A stretch of 64,000 nucleotides of DNA, taken from assembly GCA_951406725.2 (NCBI GenBank), contig OX597814.1:31744001-31808000 (forward strand), given 5' to 3'. The notes under the pieces are model-generated. The model had not been told where the DNA came from and searched no databases. It saw only the letters and a list, made by a program, of their open reading frames with translations. Below are positions 53,064 through 64,000 of this stretch, one piece after another; position 1 is the first letter of the stretch; each line of letters opens with the position of its first letter. Position numbers and translations under genes: made by a program. The DNA is from Octopus vulgaris (lineage: Eukaryota).

Positions 53064-53967
53064 TCATTCACATTTTATATATATATTGCGTAATTTAACA
53101 AAGTCCCTATATCATTTTCTTTATTGACTTTTACTATCCCACCTACTAATAGCTAACCTTGAATTATTGGTTTTTATTTGTATACATTTATATATTTTTG
53201 CTTACTTTGTTGTTTATGTTATCGGTAATACATTAACCAACCATAACAAAATCATGGCCTTTCAAAATAATAGATGACCAGTCAGATTACGGCATTGACC
53301 ATAACCCTCACCCCGCTTCCTGCAGGATTTCAGCAACTCGATAAACAAAAGTAACGCGGTAATTAATACGCGGATATTTATTACTTGAATTACTTTTAGT
53401 ACTTGATCAATATCCGGAATTTATTATTTTAGGCATTAAGCAATGTGCACGTGCGTGTGTCTGAATGTATGCACATATATATGGTTTCGTTAAGCGGTGT
53501 CGAGTTTTACAATTCTGTAAATAATAATAATGGTATATTTTATAAGTTTAAAGCCTATAGCGAGCACCATGCAAATGACTAAGGAACATAGTCTAATAAT
53601 GGGGCATTTATGTCCTCGACTGAAAAAAGTAGGTTTTCCCGTACGCGTATCTATCTATCTATATATACATATAATAAATCTCTGAGCGATGTATAAACAG
53701 TAGCTGCACGACATCGTGAAGTATATTTGCCACTTAAATATGGCTAACCCCTAATGGTGGATACTACTGTAGCTTGTAGTCCCAGGAGGACATCTTCTCC
53801 AGCTGGCTCTTGACACACTTTCTGTGCCTTATCCGTATTAGCAAAGGGAAGCAATCGTTCCCATCTTCAATCTGACATGATACACACGGATTCGAGTTTC
53901 TGAAGAATTGAGTGTCACGGAGGTGAGTATTCATGTTGTTGGCCCTTCTAGGGTTATCTTCCTCATT

Positions 53968-54031
53968 ACTACTATTATTACCGTCGTTACTGCTACCATC
54001 ATCGACCCCACTACTACTACCACCACTATTG

Positions 54032-54077
<46 letters not shown>

Positions 54078-54232
54078 CACCACCACCACTACTACTATCA
54101 CCACCACTGTTACTACTACTACCGCCACTACTACTACTACTACTACTACTACTATTACTACTACTACTACTACCACCACCACCACCACCACCACCACTAC
54201 TACTATCACCACCACTGTTACTACTACTACCG

Positions 54233-54287
<55 letters not shown>

Positions 54288-54307
54288 CGCTAGTACTGCT
54301 GCTGCTG

Positions 54308-54347
<40 letters not shown>

Positions 54348-54367
54348 CGCTAGTACTGCTGCTGCTG

Positions 54368-54404
<37 letters not shown>

Positions 54405-54420
54405 CACTATTACTATCACT
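53968..54420. repeat. (TAC)n/(CAC)n/(TGC)n compound low-complexity tract
   Basis: Directly visible; includes internally duplicated blocks. Confidence 0.92.
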
Positions 54421-54946
54421 CTGATTACCGCTAGTGATATTCACGTCGTTCTTGTACCTAGTGTCAGTGTATGTGTTGTTCGTCTTTGTGTTGGTTCTTA
54501 TGTCTGTCTGTTGGTCCCTGCCATTCCCTCTGTTGTGGTTGTTGTTTCTGTTCCTAGCAGCAGTGTTACCTGTTTCAAGTCTACTGACTCCCTATCCAAG
54601 AATTCTGTTGCATTCAACTTTATTCTCCCTCGTGACCCCCATGACCCTACTTTCATTCGTGTCCTTGTGCCTATGGTTATCTCTGTATCTGTGTGTCCGT
54701 TCCCCCTGTTACTGTTGTTGTTTTTGTTGTTGTTCTTGTATTCAATTTTTTCTTTGTTTTTGTTTTTGTATTTGTGTTTGTTGCTTGTGTTCGTGTGTTC
54801 GTTTTTGCCGTTGTTGTTGTTGTTGCTACTGTTTTGTGGAGTTCTAGTTCGACTTGTTGTTTCTGCTGTTGTTGTTCATATTGTTGCTGCGGTATTGTTG
54901 TTCGTACTGTTGTTGCCGCTCGTGTTGTTGTTGTTATTGTACATGT

Positions 54947-55330
54947 TTAAATTCCAACGTATTTTTCAATTTTAGAGAGCCATCGAATGGTATTTACCTT
55001 ATTATAGACAGCATATTTTGGTGGTAGTTGAAGTACCGACCTTTCATCTGGGTCAGTTGCTATTCCTCCATAGATGTTCGCTTCGTTGTCCTTGTTGAAT
55101 TCTGCTGGTAGTGGGACATCTGTCATAACAATTCCGTTTATTGTATCTTGGTACTTCTGTTTCTCTTCTTTTGCGAGTTTGTATTGTTGTTTACGTTTCA
55201 ACCACGAGAATTTCTTTCTAAAATGTCTATTGCACTGGCATATAATATGTGTGTTCTCTACATGTATTATATCCATAAGTGTGGTTTTCTCTGTTCGTGT
55301 GGTGATGCTTCTAATTCCTCTTAATAATAT
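54947..55330 (-). mobile_element. inverted N-terminal segment of a Penelope-like ORF
   Basis: IYGGIATDPDERSVLQLPPKYAVY resembles the PLE pre-RT motif E..VL.LGPKF. Confidence 0.6.
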
Positions 55331-56815
55331 GCGTCTATACCCATCTATCGACGTGGATTTTGCGGTAGAGAAGTGCGTGGAGATGATCAACGAGAGCGAA
55401 GTGGAGTTCCGCAATGTTAACACAGAGGAACTTGGCCTCCTACTTAGACGGACATATGACAGTAAATATCTAGGTAAAAACGACCTGAGAAGTTTCTGCT
55501 CCAGTAGACGTCTAAGAGGTAGACCACCTACAATTACATCTATGGCTAGGAAGACCCATATAGAGAGATGGAGCAGATGGACCGAGCCATACGGACCCCG
55601 CAAATGATTATCAGGTAACGAAAATGATCGCACATGCACTAAGAGCTAGTATAAAAGGCCACACGTTTAAGTTTAACAGCAAAATATACGTCCAGGACGA
55701 GGGGGCAGCCATCGGCGTTAGTATTGCCGGTGATGTAACAAGCCTTTTCATGGTATGGTGGGACAGACGGCTTAAGGAAGGCCTGACGTAGAACACCATA
55801 CTCGTGAACATATACTCCCGCTATGTCGATGATATCAGTGTAGCGGTAAAGACACCCACACAAGAGAGTACTCTTGAAATAGAAATAGAAACTAATACTA
55901 TGGAGAGCATCCAGCAAATAGCTAACTCCATCCACCAGAGTATTAAAGTCACGATAGACTACCCCACAAAGCACCCTAACCATAGACTACCACTACTAGA
56001 TTCAGAACTCTGGCTGGAAATTGAGAATAATAAAACCCGAATCCTTCATTCACACCATGCCAAACCTATGGCCTCCAAACACCTGATCTACTGGGACTCA
56101 GCTATCGCTTACAGTGCCAAATTCAATATATTGATGGCAGATCTCGTCAGAGTAATGCGAAATGTTTGCCGCATGTGCGACCCTATAGAGTTAAAGAGAC
56201 ACGTACAACATTTCGTTCACAGGTTACAGCTATAAAGAAACGGCCAGAATACACAAAGGATCCATGAGGAAATTTGAAACTATTATACCTAACGATAGGA
56301 ATGGGATTTGCCCACTCTATAGGAACAGGTCATGGAAAACCATTGAAAAGACTAAGAAGAAAATAGGGAAGGTAAACTCATGGTACGGTAGCCACAAATA
56401 CCAGAGTGTCATGTTCGTCGACACCACCCTTAGAGGCGAACTGGCGTACCGCTGTAGAAGGACCCTAGATACACTTAAGCTAATTATGGTTGTTGAAAGG
56501 TCAGGAAACCCTATCATATCCCTAATTGGTAGAACCTACCCTTTTAGTAGAACCCCCTGTACTGATAGGAACTGTACTGTATGTAGATTTAGTCCAAAAA
56601 CAAACTGTAAAGCAAGAAATGTAGTCTATAGTATAAGATGTACAGAGGGACGATGCAGTAACAAGACAACGACGTACGTAGGGGAAATAGCACGGAGCAT
56701 AGGAGAGCGGGTAAATGGGTATTGGAGGGAACTTAAGGAAGAGAAGAACTCATCGGTTCTATACCAGCACGCCGAGCAGGAACACGATGGCTCACTCAAC
56801 GACCTAGGATTCACG
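55331..56815 (+). mobile_element. Penelope-like element RT and GIY-YIG endonuclease, decayed
   Basis: LYPSI, FKFNSKIYVQDEGAAIG, YSRYVDD, LPLLD and KPMA; Cys-rich linker CTDRNCTVC...NC; NVVYSIRC...YVGEIARSIGERV...LYQHAEQEH. Stops and frameshifts present. Confidence 0.92.
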
Positions 56816-58103
56816 CAAACTTGGGATATTTTCTTTCACCTATACTTATTTAGAATGTTTTCACTATCTGAAATCAAAGGATTCCCTCTATTCTATTATA
56901 TGTGTCACAGAACATTTATATTTGTACATAATTCCTTCCTTATTTGTCGGATATATTTAACAGTAATATCAGAGATAGGAATTTCTCCTTTATTGCATTC
57001 AACTTAATGTTTGATTAACAAGATGCTACTATGTATAGATAGTATTTTATTGAATCACATCAACTTTCGCACCAGCGATTCGGCGGGGAGACCTTTATAT
57101 GTATCGTTTTCTGTGATAAAAGTTTTCCTGTTTCCCAAACAGTAATCTTTGGAATGGAAGAAAACTAGTGATGGTCGTGTTGGAGACAATTAATCAGTTG
57201 AGGAGCGTCTACTAGAAACCAGGTGCCCATATATGCGTGTATATATATATATATATATATATATACATCTTCACACAAACACATTCACACACATATACGT
57301 AAATGTGGAACGGTGAAATAAGTGCACAACATGGCATTAGTAGATAAATAATTAATTTGTGAAATAAAGTAAATGTATATATGCATACACACACGCACAC
57401 ACACTCATCCACACATCTTTTCCACAATAGTCACAAGAAATGAAATTTTGAGGGAGGCCACTAGTGAGTTACATCAGCTACAACTCCCCACTGATACTTA
57501 CCGGCCCGAAAGAATAAAAAGGCAAACTCGCACTCGGAGGAAATTGAGCTCAGAACTTTAAAGACGGAAGAAATGTCAACGAGCAATTTTTTCGACGCAG
57601 TAACATTTCTGCCTGCTATCTCGCGTTATATACATGTGTGTGCTTGTGTGTGTGTCTGTGTGTGTTTGTGGGTACCTCTGTATGTGTGTGCACACGCGTA
57701 AATGTGGATTTAGTAATTTTTAAAATTATTTCCATCTTAATTTTTTGCTATTTGGCCAATATACCTATTGCCTTTCACCTGTTATGATATCTGTTCGACG
57801 TAGTTGTTCGCCTTTCACAAAAAGTGCATTATCCTGTCAACAGTGCATAGACTAAAACCAGCAACTTGGCAAAGAAATAACATAGCTCCACTTTCAGTAA
57901 TACATTGTAAATAATTTGTTGAGTAGAGGGTATATTACACTGATTTTTTTAGCTCCCATTTTATTATGTATGATTAGGTTAGAACTTCCTGTTTGTGCGC
58001 TACATTGTCCAGTGTATCCATTCTGCTATTAAGACAGTATGTAGCAAAATGTACAGCTGACACATCATGAAGTTAGCTTTGCAATCTCGATATCAAATGT
58101 TTG

Positions 58104-58349
58104 TACGGCGGTTTGTACGGCGGTGAGCTGGCAGAAACGTTAGCATGCCGGGTGAAATGCTTAGCGGTATTAGGCCTGCAGCTACGTTCTGAGTTCAAAT
58201 TCTGCCGAGGTCGAATTTGCCTTTCATCCTTTCGGGATCGATTAAATAAGTACCAGTTACACACTGGGGTCGATGTAATCGACTTAATACCTATGTCTGT
58301 CCTTGTTTGTCCCCTCTATGTTTAGCCCCTTGTGGGTAATAAAGAAATA
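58104..58349 (+). mobile_element. SINE family B, full length
   Basis: 15-bp TSD GATATCAAATGTTTG at 58089-58103 and 58350-58364; 12-bp duplication at the 5' junction. Confidence 0.93.
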
Positions 58350-58386
58350 GATATCAAATGTTTGATTTCACTTTGTAGGGACCTGT

Positions 58387-58702
58387 GTGGAGGCGCAATG
58401 CCCCAGTGGTTAGGGCAGCGGACTCACGGTCGGAGGATCGCGGTTTCGATTCCCAGACCTGGCGTTGTGTGTGTTTATTGAGTGAAAACACATAAAGCTA
58501 CATGAGGCTTCGGCGGGGCGTGGTGGCGATCCCTGTTGTACTCTTTCGCCCCAACTTTCTCTCACTCTTTCTTCCTGTTTCTTGAGTAACGCTACGATGG
58601 ACTGGCATCCCGTCCAGCTGGGGGAACACATACGCCATAGAAACTGGGAAACCGGGCCCATGAGCCTGGCTAGGCTTGAAAAGGGCGCATAAATAAATAA
58701 AA
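58387..58702 (+). mobile_element. SINE with family C head and body but a different 3' tail
   Basis: Aligns to family C up to ~58582, then GCTACGATGGACTGGCATCCCGTCCAG...(TAAA)n. 14-bp TSD TTGTAG(G/A)GACCTGT. Confidence 0.9.
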
Positions 58703-58969
58703 TTGTAGAGACCTGTAACAATGACGTTTTCTATAGTCAGTAACATGTGAATGGAAATGAGTTAGGGAAACAGCGTGGAAAACTGTAGGATAGAGTGTAC
58801 ATATAAATCCAAAGTCTCATTTCCCGTCACACAGCTTCCACCCAATTTAATTAGGATACACTGTCTCTGAGAATACTCGGCAGTTTATATGCTAATTAAA
58901 TCAGCATTTTCATTCAGTTGATCTCACAACTGATAATTCACAATCGGAATCTATCTCTCTGCCCACCTG

Positions 58970-59058
<89 letters not shown>

Positions 59059-59097
59059 TTATCCATATACATATGTATGTTTGTGTGTATGTGTGTC

Positions 59098-59470
59098 TCA
59101 TCGTCTCACAGTATCGACCATACTGTCATATGCTGCTATACACCGCTGGTCACGATGCACTTCCAATTCTGTTTGATTACGCCATTATCTTCCATCTTGA
59201 CCCGAATTGCTTAACTAACTCGTCTTTGCATCTTCGTGGAGGCCTTCCAAGCGGCATTTTGTTGTCTCTTGGATGCCCCTCGGCATCTGCGTGGTCCACC
59301 TGTCGTCTGTGAACCTTGTGACATGTTCAGCCAAGCGGAAATTCTACTTCGGTTATTCTGCTCTCACATCGTTCACTCTGCTTTATTTTCGAATTATCTC
59401 ATTTAGAATATGCTTTTGAATAGATATTCCTATCATGGATTTTCCATGATCCTATGCGCTGTAGCTAAAT
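59098..59470 (-). mobile_element. RTE-clade LINE 3' fragment
   Basis: LAEHVTRFTDDRWT...RDNKMPLGRPPRRCKDELVKQFGSRW. Confidence 0.8.
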
Positions 59471-59590
59471 TCCAAAGCGAATAAGAACACGGTTGAAAGC
59501 ATTTAACTCAATAAAAGAGATACTCAAAACAAAGCGAGAACACACACACACATACATATATATATACACACATATATATATGTATATATA

Positions 59591-59993
59591 GGCGTAGGTG
59601 TGGCCACGTATAGGCACGGGTGTGACTGTGTAGGAAGAAGCTTGCTTCCCAACCTCATAGTACCGGGTTCAGTCGCGCAGCGTGACACCATGGGGAAATG
59701 TGGTCTTCTAAGGCCTTGTGAGTGGATTTGGTAGACGGGAACCGAAAGAAGCTCGTTGTAGATATATATTTATATTATGTGTATGTGTATGTGTGTGTGT
59801 GTATCTGTTTGTCTTTGTGCCTGTGGTTTTCTGCATCACCACTTGACAACCGGTGTTTGTGTGCTTGCGTCCCAGTAAATTAGCGGTTGTGCAATAGGAA
59901 CCGATAAACTAAGGACTAGGATAAAACCTTTCATGGCGGTGCTCAAACATGAGCGCTGTTAATTAAGTGAAACAAGTAAAAGAATAAAAGAAT
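59591..59993 (+). mobile_element. SINE family A, diverged
   Basis: Head, CCTTGTGAGTGGATTTGGTAGACGG and tail GGCGGTGCTCAAACATG...GAAACAAGTAAAAGA. Confidence 0.85.
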
Positions 59994-60002
59994 ATATATG
60001 GA

Positions 60003-60325
60003 TGGAAGCACTCCGTCGGTTACGACGATGAGGGTTCCGGTTGATCCGAATCAACGGAACAGCCTGCTCGTGATATTAACGTGTAAGTGGCTGAGCACTC
60101 CACAGACACGTGCACCCTTAACGTAGTTCTCAGGGATATTCAGCGTGACACAGAGAGTGACAAGGCCGGCCCCTTGAAATACAGGTACAACAGAAACAGG
60201 AAGTAAGAGTGGAGTGAGAGAAAGTTGAGGCGAAAGAGTACAACAGGGGTCGCCACCACCCCCTGCCGGAGCCTCGTGGAGCTTTAGGTGTTTTCGCTCA
60301 ATAAACACACACAACGCCCGGTCTG
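60003..60325 (-). mobile_element. 5'-truncated SINE family C inserted into the SINE A tail
   Basis: 14-bp TSD AAAAGAATATATAT at 59986-59999 and 60326-60339. Confidence 0.92.
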
Positions 60326-60571
60326 AAAAGAATATATATATGTATATATATGTACTGAATATGCAACTCATATTAGCCATAGGGATATACTCTGCATATA
60401 TATTTATATGTGTATATGATAATGTTTAAATATATTACGTCTACTCTGACACATGATATACGTCTGAAGTTTCCTTATATTTACTTCTTACTATCACTCG
60501 CAGTAACTCGAATCAGAGACATTACTCCATCTTACCTTCACAGTTACTGCTCCTAATTACGTTGATAATAC

Positions 60572-60608
60572 ACTACCACCACCACCACTACTGCTACTAC
60601 TGCTGTTG

Positions 60609-60661
<53 letters not shown>

Positions 60662-60742
60662 GCTACTGCTGCTACTACTACTACTACTACTACTACTACT
60701 GCTGCTGCTACTACTACTACTATTACTGCTGCTGCTAGTGCG

Positions 60743-60808
<66 letters not shown>
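60572..60808. repeat. (TAC)n/(TGC)n microsatellite
   Basis: Directly visible. Confidence 0.95.
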
Positions 60809-60812
<4 letters not shown>

Positions 60813-60998
60813 GTAATAAGAGTAATAATAGTAAAAATAAAAATAACAGTAACAACAGTATGAACAAGAATTGTAATAATAGTAATAATCAATATGAGCA
60901 AGAAATAGATTGATCTCATGTGCATTGTTATTTCAGTGAGAACGGTGGTGTCGTTGTTGCTGGCGTTGTTGTTATGATACAGTTGTGGTTGTTGTTAC

Positions 60999-61032
<34 letters not shown>

Positions 61033-61139
61033 ACTACTGCTGTTCTTGTTTCATAGGCGTTGTGTTCAAAATTATTTCAATTGCTCTTACACAGAAATGC
61101 TTAGTTGTTGATAATAATGAGAAATTTTATAAATATTGT

Positions 61140-61350
61140 TTCTAAACCCGAACTCACCGAAATGATTATGTCTTCTTGGGAAATAAATAGTTGAATATTT
61201 TGCCTGAAGCGCAAGAACAAGAAAGTATGGAAAATATCCATCAATCTATACAATTGGTGCCCAGAACTTCGCATGCAAGAATACAGCCTCCGGTTACGCT
61301 TACATCGAAAGACTATTTACTTCAGAATGAATACGAGCTGTTGCTTGAAG
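61140..61350 (+). mobile_element. possible Tc1/mariner-superfamily transposase C-terminal remnant
   Basis: PNSP, then DYVFLG...QNEYELLL after a frameshift, resembling SPDL.P.DY.LWG...NG.HFE.LL. Confidence 0.4.
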
Positions 61351-61479
61351 GTTTATTGTTTTTCTTCAATCGTATATCGCATAATTGTTGATGTTCAAAC
61401 ACACATTTATATATTATACATACGTACGTTGTGCATGCACATATGCTCGCGTATATGAATATATCTGCGTATGTATGCA

Positions 61480-61517
<38 letters not shown>

Positions 61518-61601
61518 AAAATACATACATATATATTTATATATATGTATGTATATATATATGTATATACACATGCATATATATAGATATAGGTATGTAT
61601 G

Positions 61602-61641
<40 letters not shown>

Positions 61642-62572
61642 TATGAATATATGATTATATACACACATATATATATACATGCATTTATTCATACATATAT
61701 GCATATATATATATATGAATATACACGCCCACATATATATGCGTATATATATATATATATATATACACCTATGCATATATGTGTATATATATGCATATGC
61801 AAATATTTAAGTATTTAACTGTATGTGTATATGTATAAGTATATATATTGATATATACACACGAACACACATGTATGTATGTATCTATATATATATATAT
61901 GAGGACTGTGTGCAATTTGTATTGGGTCGAAAGAAAGAAAATGGAACAGAGTATTTTGTTAAGCAAAGCTTTTCAGTAGCATGTGCACCACCACATTTCA
62001 CAAAACCACCCACTCTACCCTCTGCAGCATTATTATTACTTACAATAATACATTCAGCTGTAAGCTAAACTAATTTGTCCTTTTATATACAAATAAAGAG
62101 AGAAGAGACAGCGATCACTGACATCTACCCACACAAAATAGCTCTCATACCCTTACATACATGCACCCCCTACACAAATACACGCGCACAAGTACACAGA
62201 CAAACACACTCACACACACAAACACACACAAACACACATACACACACAAACACGCAAAGGTATATATTCCCAGTTGAAGTTATAGGCAGTACTGCATTTC
62301 ACTCGATATTGTATAAATATATTTAATGCATATATGTATGTGATATGTGTGGAGCTGTTCGGGGTATATATGTGCCTTTGTGTATAATGTATTTATAAGC
62401 AAGTTCGTAAACGTATGTAAGTTTTAACATATCAATATACTACATTTTTATAAGTAGAATGCTGACTCATGTTTTCAAAATGTAAATATTAAGAGCATAG
62501 CATTTACTCCTAGAACCATACAACTACACGCATTAAGATGAATATGTATGTTTGTACCTAAATATGTATCTA

Positions 62573-62675
62573 TGTTATTATTGAGTTTTTCTAGGTTTCG
62601 TGCTAGTGGAAGAAGCCGGTTTCTAACTGAGATCCAAGGCTTCATCACTGGAATTCCAACAGCATCAACAAGGTA
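62573..62675 (-). mobile_element. R4/Dong-type 3' UTR fragment
   Basis: AGCCGGTTTCTAAC..AGATCCAAGG...TGGAA..CAACA matches 345-450. Confidence 0.7.
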
Positions 62676-63779
62676 GATACGCATGGATTTGGATTCAGTG
62701 CCTGCGCAGAACTATGCGTTTTGTTTTATGTATGTATACTCGTACATATAGTTGCACATCGAAACGTCAGTACGTATGATTATATATTAAACTTTTGGAA
62801 AGTTTTACATGGTGGCGTATGAGTTCACTTATGACGTGCATGTATCCCTCTGGTGTATCTCATTTTAAACGCTATTCTTCCACACTGAAAGACAAGCTTA
62901 AAGAAAATGCCAAACAGTAATTACACAAAAACACGTAGAGAAACAATTACATGGAGAGATATATATTATATGGCTGCAGCCAGTATATATAAAGGAAAAT
63001 AGGAATAAATAACGTAAAAGATAATTTCTTGATTTATGCAAATTTTTCCTGCTTCCAGTGACGTTAGACCAATACCAAATTTAAATGAGAAGTGGGGATG
63101 ACTACAGGAATCAAATATACTCCTAAACTGGCATACCGTTAAGATTTTCATAAGACAGGGGTTTAGCTGTGAGGACGAGACTGTCATAATAGGCGTCATA
63201 AGAAAAGCATCTACTCTACATTTTCGGTGAATGAAGCTTGTAACTATATACAAAACAGAATAGGGCACACATTTTGGTTTATACAATTTGCATAAATTAA
63301 ACATAAATGGAGTCATCAAGATAACACGGTGAGATGACCCTTATTTCTAGAATTGTAGGTTTTCTAATAACTTTAGTCGTATTTAATGACAATTACAGGT
63401 TTCCTTTTTCGTAATATATTGCCAAACCGCTGCCGAATTTAATTATTTGCATACACATTAGCGATTCGCTAAATCATCCACAGATTTCTGTGGTGTAGAC
63501 ATATATGCTAGTAGAGATCTTGTCCAGAATGTGGCGAATCGTTCCGACCCTGCTTAAGAGGTTTCTATGTTAAATGCAAAACTGTCCGATATTACAAGGA
63601 TATCTGGACTTCCGTTTACGGTCGCTGTTTGTATTATGTATACAATTATGTGATGTGACTTCCGTATCAGAGAGCTTTAGCTCTTATTTCTAGCATTGTA
63701 GGTGTTCAAACAAACTCAGTCATGTTTAATGAAAATTGTAGTTTTCCTTTCTGGTAATACGTTGCTAAACAGCAGTTTT

Positions 63780-63975
63780 CGCCATGATAGACCGCTAGCC
63801 ACTATACATTCTTTATTTCCTCTCCTTGTTTCCTTTTGTTTTCCTTCCTGTGGAAAAACGTAGGCTCGAAACGTTTAAGACTTTTTCACTTTCCGAGGGT
63901 TAAACTAATATATCTGTTTGTTTGTTTACACTACCTGTCTTCGTCTTGTGTGATTTTTTTCGTGAATTCTCCCCC
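63780..63975 (+). mobile_element. ~200-bp PLE-type terminal repeat unit with decayed hammerhead-like motif (63844-63879)
   Basis: Homologous to 45626-45826; reads CTTC-CTGTGGA-AAAAC-GTAG-GCTC-GAAAC-GTT-TAAG. Confidence 0.72.
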
Positions 63976-64000
63976 ACCCATATATATATATATATATATA

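Noticed and set aside
53764-54975. Long Ser/Gly, Thr, Leu and Val-rich ORFs (up to 355 aa)
   Set aside because: Triplet repeats are open in several frames on both strands; no recognisable domain.
63059-63328. Apparent exon bounded by TTTTTCCTGCTTCCAG and GTGAGA
   Set aside because: Stops in all three frames and no transcript evidence; at most a non-coding exon.
63606-63666. Two GACTTCCGT (ETS-like) motifs suggesting a promoter
   Set aside because: Short motifs are expected by chance and no linked gene is visible.

Overview
This is AT-rich, microsatellite-dense eukaryotic DNA. The repeat families suggest a coleoid cephalopod, probably Octopus; that is inferred from SINE and repeat types and not verified. 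I see no intact protein-coding gene, and most of the ORF track is translated microsatellite. The window is mostly decayed transposons. There are three or more tRNA-derived SINE families, several with target-site duplications (TSDs). There are also mariner/Tc1 elements and MITEs, R4/Dong, CR1-like and RTE LINE fragments, Penelope-like elements (PLEs), Helitron/Helentron-type elements and a Gypsy integrase fragment. The most notable signals are: (1) several minimal type I hammerhead ribozyme motifs, including a ~198-bp element with short inverted termini whose hammerhead carries a compensatory G3:C8 core swap (40059-40109); (2) a LINE and a SINE sharing a 3' tail with a covarying hairpin; (3) a TSD-bounded SINE with a swapped 3' tail; (4) a possible spliced, decayed ionotropic-receptor-like pseudogene on the minus strand (~10960-12191). 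All family assignments come from manual motif recognition, not database searches.
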